Shown: piece after piece, positions 50,423 to 63,382 of the stretch
Numbering within the stretch: position 1 is the stretch's first letter
How the letters are laid out: every line of letters starts with the position of its first letter
Assembly: GCF_964194025.1 (NCBI RefSeq)
Contig: NC_134472.1
Coordinates: 22,692,001 to 22,756,000, forward strand
Source of the DNA: Convolutriloba macropyga
Taxonomy: Eukaryota
Length of the DNA stretch: 64,000 nt
Reading direction: 5' to 3'
Notes under the pieces: generated by a model
What the model was told of the DNA's origin: nothing
What the model saw: the letters and a program-made list of their open reading frames with translations, nothing else
Databases searched by the model: none
Position numbers and translations under genes: made by a program

Positions 50423-52937
50423 CAAGGCGTGATAACAATCGCTCGAAACATTCTCGCAAAAATTTTGATCTCAAGCTTAGTGATTGTAAAAAAAATGTTA
50501 AAAATTATAAATTTTAAGATTTCCAACCAGTGTTTCGAAAGTTTTGATTTTACTCGATCTGTGTTACCTCGGATGGTCGCCATAAACTTAACTGACCTGG
50601 ACCAATCAAGAAACATTGCTGGAAGAGTCCAAAATCGAGTAGAAAAAAAACTTCATTCAATTCACACCGGCCTGAGTATATTAAGGACTCAGCGAAAATT
50701 CTTCATTGTAATTTTCATTGTACCCTATTATATTAATCAATTTCATTCGAGAAAATACAAAACTAAATCAGATAAGCAAAAATTGATATTTTAATGAAAA
50801 CTATTGGGTTGCAACTCCACAAGATTTTTTCAATAGACGATGCAGTACAAATCCTTTCTGCGTATTTTCTTAAATAATTGGTGTCCCTTGATAAACAAAA
50901 AAAAAGAAACATAACCAGAACAGAGGAAATTGTCAAGGTACAAAAACCAAAAATTTACGATCCACAAAACATCGCTTGAGATCCCATAAATCAATTCAAA
51001 TCCGCCAAAAAAGTTACTGCACTCGAGTATTACACTCTATATAAAACCAACAAAACAGGCAGTAAAATAGACAAGAACAGTGGAAACATGAATACCTAAA
51101 TAATCTAGATATTATCTCTGAAATATCAAGACAAAACTCTGAAACTCAGAGGAACAACATTGACCAAAAAATAGAGTTTAGTTAAACCAAAAAATACTTT
51201 GAAAATGCCTCATATGAAAACAATATTGGTCAATATGCAAACTTCACACATCACTCTTCCTTAAAAGTGAGCAGAAAACTACCACTCACATTTTCCACAA
51301 TGATTTTGATTTGGGGTCATTATTTAGGCTTCAACACTTGTTTTCACGTGCAGCTTCAACTGCTATATCCTGTTTTAATGGCACTTCACAGATTAAAAAA
51401 CCACTAAGAAATCAACCATAGCCAATTGACCGGATCAATATCCAAAACTTCGCCAAAACATAAAGTGTTAAATATCAAAAAGAAATGCACAAAACAAATG
51501 GAATAAAGGAACGACCAGACACTTCATTTACGATATAAATTAACAGTATGGGGTTTTGTCCCCGTTTGAAGGGACAAAATAACAATCTCTAAGTCCGAAA
51601 TCAAATAATTTGGACGTATATTTTAAGTTTGCATTTTGGCTGTACTTTGCTGTCTAGTTGGTATCTAGTCTCATTAATTAAAGGTCTTATCACATTATTG
51701 GCGTTGAAAAAAATCAAAATTGAATATATCTAATGTTTTAAGCGCATTGCTTATTATCTTAACTGCTTCGACACCTTCTTTTCGCAAAAATCAGTTGGAT
51801 TTTTATTTTTGTCTATATCGTCAAATGACATTATCTGGATAAAGACATATCTCAACGGTTTCTGTGGCGAATTAAATGAACCTATTTCACGATTTCCTTT
51901 GATAGCTAATGTTTTTGTCAGTTTAAAGATAATTCTTTTCGAAAAAAAGACGTATTTTTAAACTTTGATCTTTTTGTCTCAATATTCAGATGTCACATAC
52001 CAAAATGATGATGTTCAAAGAAGGAGCAATTCATTATATCTTATTTTTAAGGAATGGAATATGGTTTTATCGACTTCAAAACAGTTTTCTGACGAAATTT
52101 AATTGAATTTACGTTTTTCGCCTGTATTTGTCGTTTGTTTACGCAGTACGCAGACGTACGGCATATTCCGGATAATGCCAGGTCTAAATGTCTTCATATT
52201 GAGGTATGAATTAACATAAACCTATTTATGATGTTCAATGGTTTTCATTATTGGAGTTGACTTTGAAAAACTTTATTTTTTCCTTCATCGTTTTGTTCTT
52301 TTTTTGTCTACTTGTTATCGAGTCTCATCAAGGACTGCTTCCATGTTTTTTCTAGTGAAGTACTAATTAATTGGCTCAGTTAGAATTTCTGATGCTATTT
52401 TGACTTTTCATCAAAAAAGACCTGAGTTTTGATGTAAATATAGTTTGTTGTTATTTGATTTTGTTTTTGTCTGTCTCGTAGTCTTAATAATGGCAGGTCT
52501 CATCGATCCCCTAATGTGGTCTTATTTACCTTACTAAGTAATTTGAGTTTGAGGCATTTTTTTATTTAAACGCCAATAATTTTGAAATGAGTTTTTGAAA
52601 GTTTATCTCTTCCTCATTTGGTAGACAATTAAGCTCAAAACGTGCACGGACGGGGAAATGTGTTTTTTAAGATATTTTCACCATTGCGATTTTTGTGACA
52701 TCGAAACAGTAAATGAAGCAAAAAAAATTGAAAATGGTTTTAATGGCATTAAATTTTATCCCTATAAATTTATAAAGTAGAGTAAAAAAGGTGTTTGAAC
52801 GAAATTTCCTCTCTCCCTAGTGGTTTTTCAAGTTCTTCATCAGTTTTTAGCGAGCCCCATTGTCTCATTTCTCAAGACAAAAGTCAAAGGGTTAGACAAA
52901 ACATTGGTCGTAGGAAAAACGCGTCTTCCCCTTTTTA

Positions 52938-52968
<31 letters not shown>

Positions 52969-52972
52969 ACAC
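52938..52972. repeat. Poly-C plus (CA)n microsatellite
   Basis: Directly visible. Confidence 0.95.
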
Positions 52973-53659
52973 AAGATATATAGTCATGTTACAGATACGT
53001 ATACCCACCCCGAAGTATAGTTTTATATAGCGTAAAGGGAGCTGTAACTATGTGGGAGGCTATGATGGGAAAAGTCTGAAAAATATCGTTAAAAATGGCA
53101 AACAGGATAAAAATAATTGCTATAAGCTTGGTTTGAGATCAACCAATAAGCTGATCAATAACTGTTTTAGAATTTGAAGTGTAATCAATCGATCGCCAGA
53201 AAGCTCTATGCAGACAGCAAACTACAAACAAGAAACACGAGGAGAGCAGAAATAACCCCGGCTTTTACTTCAGTCATTTAAAAACCATAAATCAATAATA
53301 AATTGAATTTTAATTAAAGCTTTATTCAAAACTCAAACAAAACACTAAAATACTTTAAACTACATTTATTAAATAGGATAAAAACAATAAGCATTAATCT
53401 GGAAAACTGCGTGAAATCACTTTTATAAAAATGAAAATTATCAGAAATGTAACAAAAGATCCACAAGTACCCATATTTAGAATACTATAGGGATTGTCGA
53501 TTTCAGAGTTTGGAAGAGGAACACCATTAGAATAATCAGGAATTAGCATACAAGTGGACCTCGCAAAATGCAATCTCGTTGTATCTCGTGGAATTAAAAC
53601 GAAAAACCTGCTCCGATCTATATTCATGTGCGAATATTAAAGCTATTAGTTTATCTTAA

Positions 53660-54860
53660 TCAACAAGCAATCTCCCTCCACTTTCTGGCTACATAATCCT
53701 CTACAATCGGATCCACATCAACAACATCCAGTGGCCACTTCTCCGAAACAAGAGAAGTTTTTCCGGTGATCTTCAGTGTGGAGAAATTATTGGCAGAGTG
53801 AACATGTTTGAGTTGACTACTATGTGAGAAGTGAGTGCTGTGTTCGTGTTGGAGGAGGTGTTGAGTATCAAGGAATCTGGCCGAGGGACAGAGGAAGCAG
53901 TTAAACTCGGCATCCCACCTGTGCTCCAGTCGGTGTCTGGCTAGTTCACCATTGTCCCCAAAGCCCAGACCACACAACTCACATGGGTACCGTCTGTCTT
54001 TCAAGTGCAACTGTTCATGCCATTTCAGTCCAGATCGAGAGCCAAATTTCTTGAAGCAAGTTTGACAGCGCCAGAATTTGGGAACAGAGCTTTCTCTCCT
54101 TACAACATTTATAACTGATTTGTGTTCTGGATTCACAGCCCCGAATCGAGGGCAGTTTGTGTTTTGATGTTCCTTGAGTTTGTCCTTCGTAGCATACACT
54201 TTGAAACAGTATTCACAAGAGAATTTATATCCAATATCCTCGTCATTGACAACTGCAATTTCTGGCTCAATTTTGTTCTCATCGCGAGATTGTTCAACAA
54301 TTTTGTTGGAGATCTGTCTAAATGGACAGCTTTGAATGTGTAGATTAACTGTGAACACATCAGGAAATCTTTCTGAACAGAATACGCATTTTATACTCTC
54401 GAATTTTAAATCATCAGTTAAACCGTTGAAAATCCCAAATTTTGTACTTTCGTCTGCCGCTGTTTCAATGCCTTGATCGCGCATCTGATTTTCTTGATTA
54501 AATTCGCCCAGTTGAGGTTGACCCCATCCATCAGGTCGAGTGAAAGGTGAAGACAACAACAGTTTAGATCCCAGTCTCTCTTTCACAGATTTCTTAACTT
54601 GCTTTGATTGAGGCGACCTGAATCTTTCTATAGTTCTCATTTTAGGAGTTCTCTTCACTTTGCTTTCACTTTCTCCTCCCAAATAACTAAATCTGTCAGT
54701 CATGTCTGGAGATCTGAGCTCTCTCCTATTTTCCTTCTCTCTCTTCAAATGTCGATCTGGAATCTGAATCTTTCTCAGCTGCAGTTTGAACGCCTTCATC
54801 TTTATGGCTGTGGCTGCCGCAGCTGTTGCTTTTGCGTGGCTCTTCTGTCTGTGTGAGGAC
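53660..54860 (-). CDS. C2H2 zinc-finger protein A, last exon (end of split finger, two C2HC and three C2H2 fingers)
   Basis: Acceptor TTCACAG|G at 54861-54862; the frame is open for 20 codons upstream of the annotated ATG and supplies SSH, completing HKRSSH. Confidence 0.9.
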
Positions 54861-55765
54861 CTGTGAACAAGATAACGATATTAGCATCAAATTCTTCATA
54901 AGAAAAACTAATCCGCTAGAATAAGCAAAGTTTGGGCAGAGTAAGAAAAACTAGCACAGTTCTATGCAATCATTTTCATAAAAGCTCAGCTACACGGAGA
55001 TGAAAAATTGCCGATAGATAAGCATTTTTAAAAGCTACACTAAGAATTTCCTGGATATTTTAAGTTATAAATGTGCAAACCAACAGAACACCTCTCACAC
55101 TGAATTCTTTTCAAGACAAACAAAATATCCGTTTCTATTAAAATAATTTTTTCTGCTTAAAATTTTGCAGAAAAGATCAATGCGACGGTTATCAATTAAC
55201 TTGAAATAATTGTTGAACACTTTTACTTGACTTTTAGTCGGAGAACATTTCAACTTTTTGTGGTAAAATTTCTGCAGTTGGGTTTCGCTGCTTGAAATTC
55301 TGAATGATAGCAATTTAGAAACCAAGGAATCAAGATTAGACTAAAACACTGCTGGTAGAGACAAAAAGACTCTAGCTAGAAAAAATTTCTGCCAAATTAA
55401 TCTGAGAGCAATTAACTCAAAAAGGTGATATCCGAAAACCTTATCAATCAGCCAGTAAGAAAAAGGCCAGGCCAAATTGAACTTATTTATAAAAAAGATT
55501 TTAAAGATAACTGAACTGTCAGTCGAACTGGAGAAATGTCGAACTAAGAAATTATTTTTTAAAAAAAAAAACAAAAAAACGTATATGCCTATTTCAAGAT
55601 ACACATTCTAAGCAAAATGATGAATTCTGTTTTTAGGCAAAAAATTGGTTATAAAGCTTCGTTTCAATTAAATGTGACTGGGCTGACTTTAACAGAAGGC
55701 CCATTTTTATAATTGACCTTGAAGGCACTTGAAGATTTAAAAAATAAAATTGCGACAAATAACGA

Positions 55766-56855
55766 ATATATCCGACAGATTGCAGGAAAACAGCCGCGAT
55801 AGACGCTTGTTGCCTTGCATGAATTGAAACACCTAAAGAAATAAGATAGACAGATTAACCACCAGTCCTTTCATAGACCAATAGACTTTTTATTTAGATC
55901 CCGACAGTCATTTTCACATACGGTCTATAAGGAAAAAGCCCTAATAGGGCTTTTCCTAATTTAATATTCGAAATCAAAAACTCAAGACTCTAATACTCAC
56001 GAATTAGGGCATATACGTTTGGCACTGCTTAGATGCACACTATTGACCTTTAACTAGTAACAATTCATAAAATATGAAGTTCATTAAGAGAGCTCAGAAG
56101 TCATTTTTTTTAGTGAGGTAAACCACGCAATTGACCTAAAAGCAAAACAAATGACGTCACGCACACAAAATTTAACTGCAAAGCAGTAAAAATCACTGAA
56201 ATTGAAAAGGCCAATTCCAAGAAGTCAGGCAAGAATCATCGATGGAGACGACGAATTAAAAAAAAACTTAGCAGGACAAGTCCTAACGCACAATTCAAAA
56301 ATTTTCATTGATTAAACAAAAAACTAGACCTAGATCGGACTATGAGAGAATTGGGAAACCCATTTCTAAAAAAAACAAGATAAAAAAATAGAACAAAAAA
56401 CAGAAAATCGATGTCAAAATGCCGCATGTCAACAAAAAACCACTAGCGAGAAATGAAAATCTGGTTCAAACAAAAAACTAGGCCTAGAATGAACTATGAG
56501 TGGATTGAGAAAACCATCAAGAAAAAATCCCAACCAAAAAATTGAAAAAGAAACAGTAAAAGTCAAAGTGAAATCGTCGCATGTGAACAAAAAACCACTA
56601 GCGAACAAAAAACACCGTTTTCTCACTCTACTTTAAAATTAGAGCAAAAAAATTTCACGCCCCAAAATCACTCGCTATTTCGCTCCACTTTCTGTTTCGG
56701 CGTGACCAAAATCACTACTCCAATTTGACTTCAAAATTCATGAAAATGTGTGAGCAGCTCTTAAAAAGACAGCGCCTCAATACAATTAAAATTCTTTGAA
56801 TTGTAACAAAACCACGATGTCCCCAATAATAGCCGCTATTGCTTCGCGGCTATTA
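55766..56855 (-). mobile_element. Complete A1 > C composite in the zinc-finger gene intron
   Basis: A1 3' end at 55766; C 3' end at ~56266; C cap 56768-56808; A1 cap 56811-56855. Confidence 0.8.
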
Positions 56856-58605
56856 ATAAAAATTCCTGGAGCTTGAAAAATCAGAAATTTTGCGTATCCA
56901 GTAGATTAACATAGGTTAAATTCTCTTTTATAATCTCGAGTTTACCCTTGAAAGATCAAACTTTGAACTGTTTGCCATAAAACCACAAGAAGCGCTAAAA
57001 GCAAAAGGAGAACAAGCAAGCGTCAGTCGTACTTGATACAGATTGTTTAACTTGCGGAACTTTTTTTCAATTATGTTCAATTTGTTTTGATAACAGCCAA
57101 CAATTAAAAAAAACAGCTGATCTTCTAGAACGGTAGCATATAGATTGCAAACAATACAGAACTAAGTCGGTCATTTAGTGAGAGGCCGTCATTGAAGAAC
57201 CAAACATTAACCACTTAATACAGCTAAACACTCTGGTATCACTGAAAAAAAAGACGTCACTCGCGTATATGCCGCTAAAAGATGGCATGTAAAGAGGAAA
57301 AATGTTGCTCTTTTCAGCGTCCAGAACTGTTCCAACAAAAAAACTTTTGAGAAAACAAAAGAAACCCAAGACAGAAGAAACAGCCAAGCACAACAAAGTT
57401 TTGCAGCTATGTAAATTTGCCTCCCCTTCTCAGACAGACTACCAAAGAATATTTGTAGGGGTCTCCTTGTCGGGGCCAAGAACATAATTTTCGAGCATGA
57501 AGAATTTTGCAGAAAAGATAATTTAGCATCAATACTAAGCAGGAAAAAGAGTTGCAAAAGATAAATTTTAAGTGTTTTTCTCAGTAAACAAATTTCTTGA
57601 CTGTAACGAACCTCCCATATTTAATTATTTTCAGTAAATCTCAATCAAATAAACGCTTATCGCACTGAAAGCATGGTATTCCAAAGTTTTTCCGATACTT
57701 AGAGGATGGAAAAATCAACTTCACAAAAAGTAGACCTTTGTGTTTAATTTTTCAAGAGAATCCTATTAAAAACTCTAATGGTATTTCTCTTTATTGATGC
57801 TAATCATTTCGAAGCCAACTGGAGAGAACAGGCACTACGGGCTATTCTAATTTAAGGAAAATTGACGAAGGATATTTAAAAAAACGTTTTTTTAGCTCTG
57901 TTTAAGCGAATACGAATACCGTAGTTTTGATGTCGCACATCTTTTGAAGATAAAAATTGATAACGAAATAAACCGTGGTATAACTAAGAGATCAATGCCC
58001 TGTTTCCCGATAAAAGTTCTCATTTCAGTCTGTTTTTAGGTCAAAAGGTGACTCCTAAATAATTCGACTGAAACTCCTCATCAAATGTAGGCCAAAACTA
58101 AAACTGAAAATCACTTGAAGTATCGGGAACAATCAACCAAAGACATAGATTATACCTTTTCAAGAAATTGTTTTTTAGCTTCGAGTATCCCATATGCGCA
58201 CACTTCTTTAAACTTTTAGTTATACCAATTTTTAGTTATAACTGTGGGACATGAATTTCAGTTTAAGCGTAAGTTCTTTATCTGTGATATTTCAAATGAC
58301 TCATAATAATGCCTTATGCTGTGTTCGATGAATCAATAAGACTGATTTCGGCAGCCATTTTGTCAAGTTAGTGAGCTTAACTATCTAGTGAGCCCATTAA
58401 AATACGAATCATTCAAGTTCGTATTTTCTATCTCGTTTTTTAGAAATAATTTGTGCCTCTCATGATCATTTGCACACAATTTCTGAAAAATCAAACTTGA
58501 AAATCAACTGGAAGGCATGCCATAGGTTAAAAGCTAACTTGAAAGTTCAAAGCAAAAAAAATTTTTCAGTTTTTCTAACTTTTTTTCTTAAAATTTAGCG
58601 TTAGT

Positions 58606-60957
58606 TTTATTTGTTCCGACCCCATTTGTGGGGGGAGGAACTATATACTCAAATGGGTTTTTTTTTGTTCAGACAATTTTGGACGATCGATATACTTATC
58701 GTTGAGAAATGTGAGTGGAATCATTAAACAGATCGTCCAGCGTAGAATTCGAAATTAAAAAGATTTTTCTGAATTTCGTATTTTTCGAAGAGTTATCGAG
58801 GTTTAACGTTTTGTGTGAACATGTGATATTTGTTCACTTTTAGCATGATTTTGTTTAATTTAGCGTAATTTTCGTTCAAATTAAGGCTTTTCAATAAAAA
58901 TATTACTTCAAAAGTACTTTTCATGCTACAAAAGGAAACAATTTTTGTGTTACCAGCAGACCGATTAAAAGGCTAGTTCTGGTCTCGTGAGGAAGTTTAC
59001 CATAAAAAAACTCGAATTCAATTTAAGAGCTGGTTTTTTTTAGAAAACTTTCTATTTATTATGGTTTTTTTTAGTCACTTTTCATATCAAAACTCTGTTA
59101 ACGACAATACTCATTTACAGTCAACTGATACCCAATGAACAAAATATTCGTTTTCAAGGCATCAATCATTGGAAATATTGGAAATCCTATGGCAAAGACT
59201 CGCTAACTACAAGTGCAGCCGGCTTTCTAATGAGCATTAGGTAAACCTATATAGCGCTTTGAGTGGACAGCTAAGGGCTGTCAAGACTTTAAAAAATAAT
59301 TTTTCAAAATTTTTCTGCAAATTAGCCGATATTAAACTAATTTTCATGAAAAGTAAGTCTTTCTGGTAAGCGGTTTTATCTGCTAACTATTGGTTTTATT
59401 ACTTCGATAACACGAGTTTCGTATTTCAAAAAAAAACTTGATTTTTTTGTAATTTTGTTTCCTATTGAAATCCTATCTCATTATCTTCGTATTGGCAGTT
59501 CTCATTGGCTTAAAAAGATAAGACGTTCAGTGGATCACACATAAATTTCTCAGAGAAAAGATTATGGTTTAAATGGCTTCGACAATTTTCTCAAATTTTT
59601 TCAGTTTTTGCCTGAGTTTGTCGTTGTTTTGATTATCATAGGACTTATTGCGATGTCTTATAGATAAGGCATTGATTACCAAAAATCCAAGTCCTCCCAT
59701 GGAGGCATAAGGTAGTATATTTTTTTATTTCTGCTGAAAGCTCTTGAATTTAACGGCTGTTAAGACTTTAAAATTAAGTTTTTAGAATTTTTTTGACATT
59801 AACTAATCTTAAATTTAATTTCAAGAACTGAAAGTGAGTCTCAGTATTGACAAGACCTCCATCTTTTCTATTGCAATTAAAACGAATCTGACCAGAGTGT
59901 TAATCTTCTAACTATTGGTTTTATGAATTCGATGCCACGAGTTTTCATAATTTTTTTTAAAATTACGCTTATGGTTTAAATTAAACACTTTTTTTTGGTT
60001 TGCATGTATTTGTTGTTGTTTTCATAATCATAAGACTTATTGTGATGTTCTTTTGATTACTTACGATAGACAATCAGCCTTGCCCACATTGAGGCATAAC
60101 TTAGCTTATTTTTTGTCTTCCGTTGAAAGCTACTGAATTCAAAGATGTTGATATAATGGGTTTTCTCAAAAATTTCGAGGTTTTATTATATATGTTCATA
60201 CTTGTTGATTTTTGGAGTGAGTCATATTGTTAAAAAAGAAGAACCCCATTGCATATAAAAATTTATGAGATTAGAAAAATTTTACCAAAAATTCTTTTTC
60301 TTGGCTTCGACACTTTTCTCGCTGAATTTTTTTTTTGAAGTTGCTGTTTTTGCCTTTTTTAATTTTCATGTAGTCGTACAATGACGACTGGTCTCATAGG
60401 CTTCTAATTCAGTATTGAATGAATTATGTTGCTCAATGCACTCAGTTTATAGCGAAGTATTAAAGTTTACGCTATTGTTCGTTCTCAAAGATTTTTTATA
60501 CTTTTCAGTTTTTGCTCTTTTCGTCAGCCTGTAATTTATTCTCATCATTGAGAGGTTCCATCCAACTTCTAGTAATTCATAAACTATTTTTCCATTGATG
60601 TCAAGTCGTAACTCATGTTTTGTTTGTTAGACAATATGCGTGTTCATAAAATTTTGTGAGTGGTCAATATTTGTGTTTCTTTTTCTCTTCTTTTAGCACA
60701 TTCGCTGAAAAAATTTTGTTTCTGCTTATTTTGGGGCTTGTTTTTTCTCGTAGTCTTTCTGTTGGCAGATATTGTGAGCGCTTTAATGAGGCATGGTATT
60801 ATGCAGTTCAATTATTAGTTCGGTTTAGTTACAATTTTTTAAAACTCAAACATCTATTTTTAATTATCTCATCATTAGGTTGACAATTAAGTCAAAAATT
60901 AGTTGAACTCGGGTCGGAACATCATGTGCGAACGCCCATTAACGAACATCCTTGTTA
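58606..60957 (+). mobile_element. F-family Helentron-type element, plus orientation
   Basis: Starts TTGTTCCGACCCCATTTGTGGGG; ends GGGTCGGAACA-hairpin-CTTGTT. Confidence 0.75.
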
Positions 60958-61526
60958 TTTTCAGTCTCATACTGGTGAAAATTCTCTATCTTTCTTGGTT
61001 AATTACAAAACGTGTTGGGGTACATAATTCTAAATAAGTTTCCATAAGGTTTCAGGAAAAACCCGCGAACAGTTCCAATTAGTCTTTTTTGTGTTCCCCT
61101 TTTGAATTCTTGTCTCCTATAAAATTTCAATAAAATTTTTATTTTTTTAAAACAATTTTGTAAACTCAAATATAGTTATTAGTAATCTGCTTTAATAACT
61201 AAGCTACTCTCCTCTCTATATAGAAGAGGACAAAACTCAACAAACACTTTTCCAACAAAGCTCAAATGAAGCCTCTAAGTGCGACAACATACTGTCTCGT
61301 TTTTTTGCTCTACAATGCGTACAGCAAAAGTGAGAAATTGACTATGGAAAAGTATGCCTCGCATTCATATTTCCCCATTTGGAAAAATGTTGGAAAAATT
61401 GGAAAGATGATGGAGGATAAGAAACGAGACAAAGACCTACATTTAAGAACCACATTTTGCTACAATGAATTTACTTATGCTGCGTGGTGGGCTGAATGGT
61501 AGTAATTATAGAAGGAAGCAGCTGAC

Positions 61527-62882
61527 CTTTTGTGTTTCTCGAGTGCTGCCAACCTAGAGAATCCTCTGCTACATGTTTCACACCAGTAGCCCTGAGATCC
61601 CTGCTGATGAGTAGATGAACTATCCATCATAACTGACGAGACGTTAATAGAGGACACTTCAGAACTTGCAACATCAGTCATGTCTGCTGTTCCAACTGAT
61701 GATTTCCTGTTCAATCGCATTGGCATATATTCACTCTTTTTGTTTTTGCTGTATTCCTTGCTTCTGTTGTCGCTTGAAGAGACAGACTCGCTATCTTTGT
61801 CTTTACTCATTTGCTTCTTCACATTAGTGTTACTACTTTCGAAGTCATCGTCCAAATACTTTCTGGGAATTTTGATTTTCCTTCCAGTGCGGCTCTCGCC
61901 TACTGGCTGAGTTATTTTCAGTGTCGTTTTCTCATTGTCAACATTTCCACTCGTCCCTCGACCCGATGAGGCAGTACTTCTTTGTGATTGCTGGTCAAAC
62001 TCTGCTATTTTAACAATTGCACTGTTGCTGTTTTTGTTCACTTCATTATTCGCCGATACTTTGTCTAATTTGACTCTTTTACTCGATGTATTTCTCACCG
62101 AAAGATCCGCATAATCAATACGCTTCCTCTTGCTACTTCTGGTGGAAATGACCGACTTGTTTACGAGGGTGGATGTGGATTGTTTATTAAGTCTACCAGC
62201 AGTTGAAACCTGTCTTTCCATCTCCTCAATGACAAACCACATCTTTTCAGGCACTTCCATTCTTTCAACTGCCAACACCATCCGCCTCTCTTCTTTTCTA
62301 TTTCCTCTTTGAGATCCAGACTTTCCAAAGAACATCTCAGACACACTAGGGAATCCAAACTGTAGAGCTGCATTGAACTGGATCTCTTTCTGTTCCTGAC
62401 TTCGCTTTTGAACTAAAGACAGCTCATTATCTGTTGTATTCTCTTTTTTGTTATTTTCTCGGATCGTATTTCTACCTGCCTTGTGTTGACCCCTTTCAAA
62501 GATTCTATTTTTTGTACGTTCCTTAAGCTGTGCTGTTAAATTTGACTTGACTTTGGCCGATTTCACGTGACGCTTCAGTTTTCTAACAGGGCCTCGTTTG
62601 TCAATCGCCAGCATTTTGCTCCTCACTAACAAATTCTGACCCTTTTTCAATTTCATCTTCAGAGCCTGTACTTGAGCTCGTTTCTTCGTCGGAATATTTC
62701 CTTTGCTTTTCACTTCTTTGGCGGCTGGAACAACTTTTGCATGATCTCCGCTGTTGATTTTTTTCACAGGAGAGTTCTGAGCATGGGACAATTTCTTGTG
62801 ATTGGCCAATGCACTCTCCCTTGCAAAGTCCAACTTGCAGGTAGAGCACTTGTACTGCTTCCTCTTAAAGCGCATTGTTAAT
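61527..62882 (-). CDS. C2H2 zinc-finger protein A, large basic/low-complexity exon (one complete finger, one split finger)
   Basis: 466-aa ORF with CSTC..H..H finger; donor AAAAG|GTCAGC at 61525-61526 (phase 2) interrupts CETC-x12-HKR. Confidence 0.88.
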
Positions 62883-63070
62883 CTGAAAAAACATTCGTAT
62901 CATGCCAGTTGCTACTCATAAACCGTAATACTAAAAGATACATAACCCACACAAATACTAGCGACTGAAATAGTTGGTAAGTACAAAAAGATATCTGCTC
63001 TATGTATCAAAATAACAGGTTATTTTATTGTATACAGAACCTTTTATTATGTTGTATACAAAATTAGCAC

Positions 63071-63078
63071 CTTTTCAT
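63071..63078 (-). CDS. Possible tiny first coding exon (ATG AAA AG) of zinc-finger gene A
   Basis: ATGAAAAG|GTGCTA donor is phase-compatible with acceptor TTTTCAG|A at 62883-62884, giving MKRLTMRFKRK. Confidence 0.35.
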
Positions 63079-63382
63079 TGCTCGCAAGATCTAATGAACT
63101 TTATTGGCGTCGGTTTCGAAGGATTATTCGCAATACAGTTTTTGAAGTTCATCATATCGATACAAAATTAGGAATCCCCCCTCACTCAGGTGATTAAACA
63201 TTTTGTTTTCATTGTCATGTCTTAACAAACTATTGCGGGCTTTTACACTAATTATGGTTTTTATAGCCCAATAAGAGGTCAGATTATCCATTACATCTAT
63301 GCATTACTACTAAATATCAAAAATGGAGGGTCATAATTAACCGGTGGGGGTGGGGGGGTTCTCAAAATTTTGGAACATTTAT

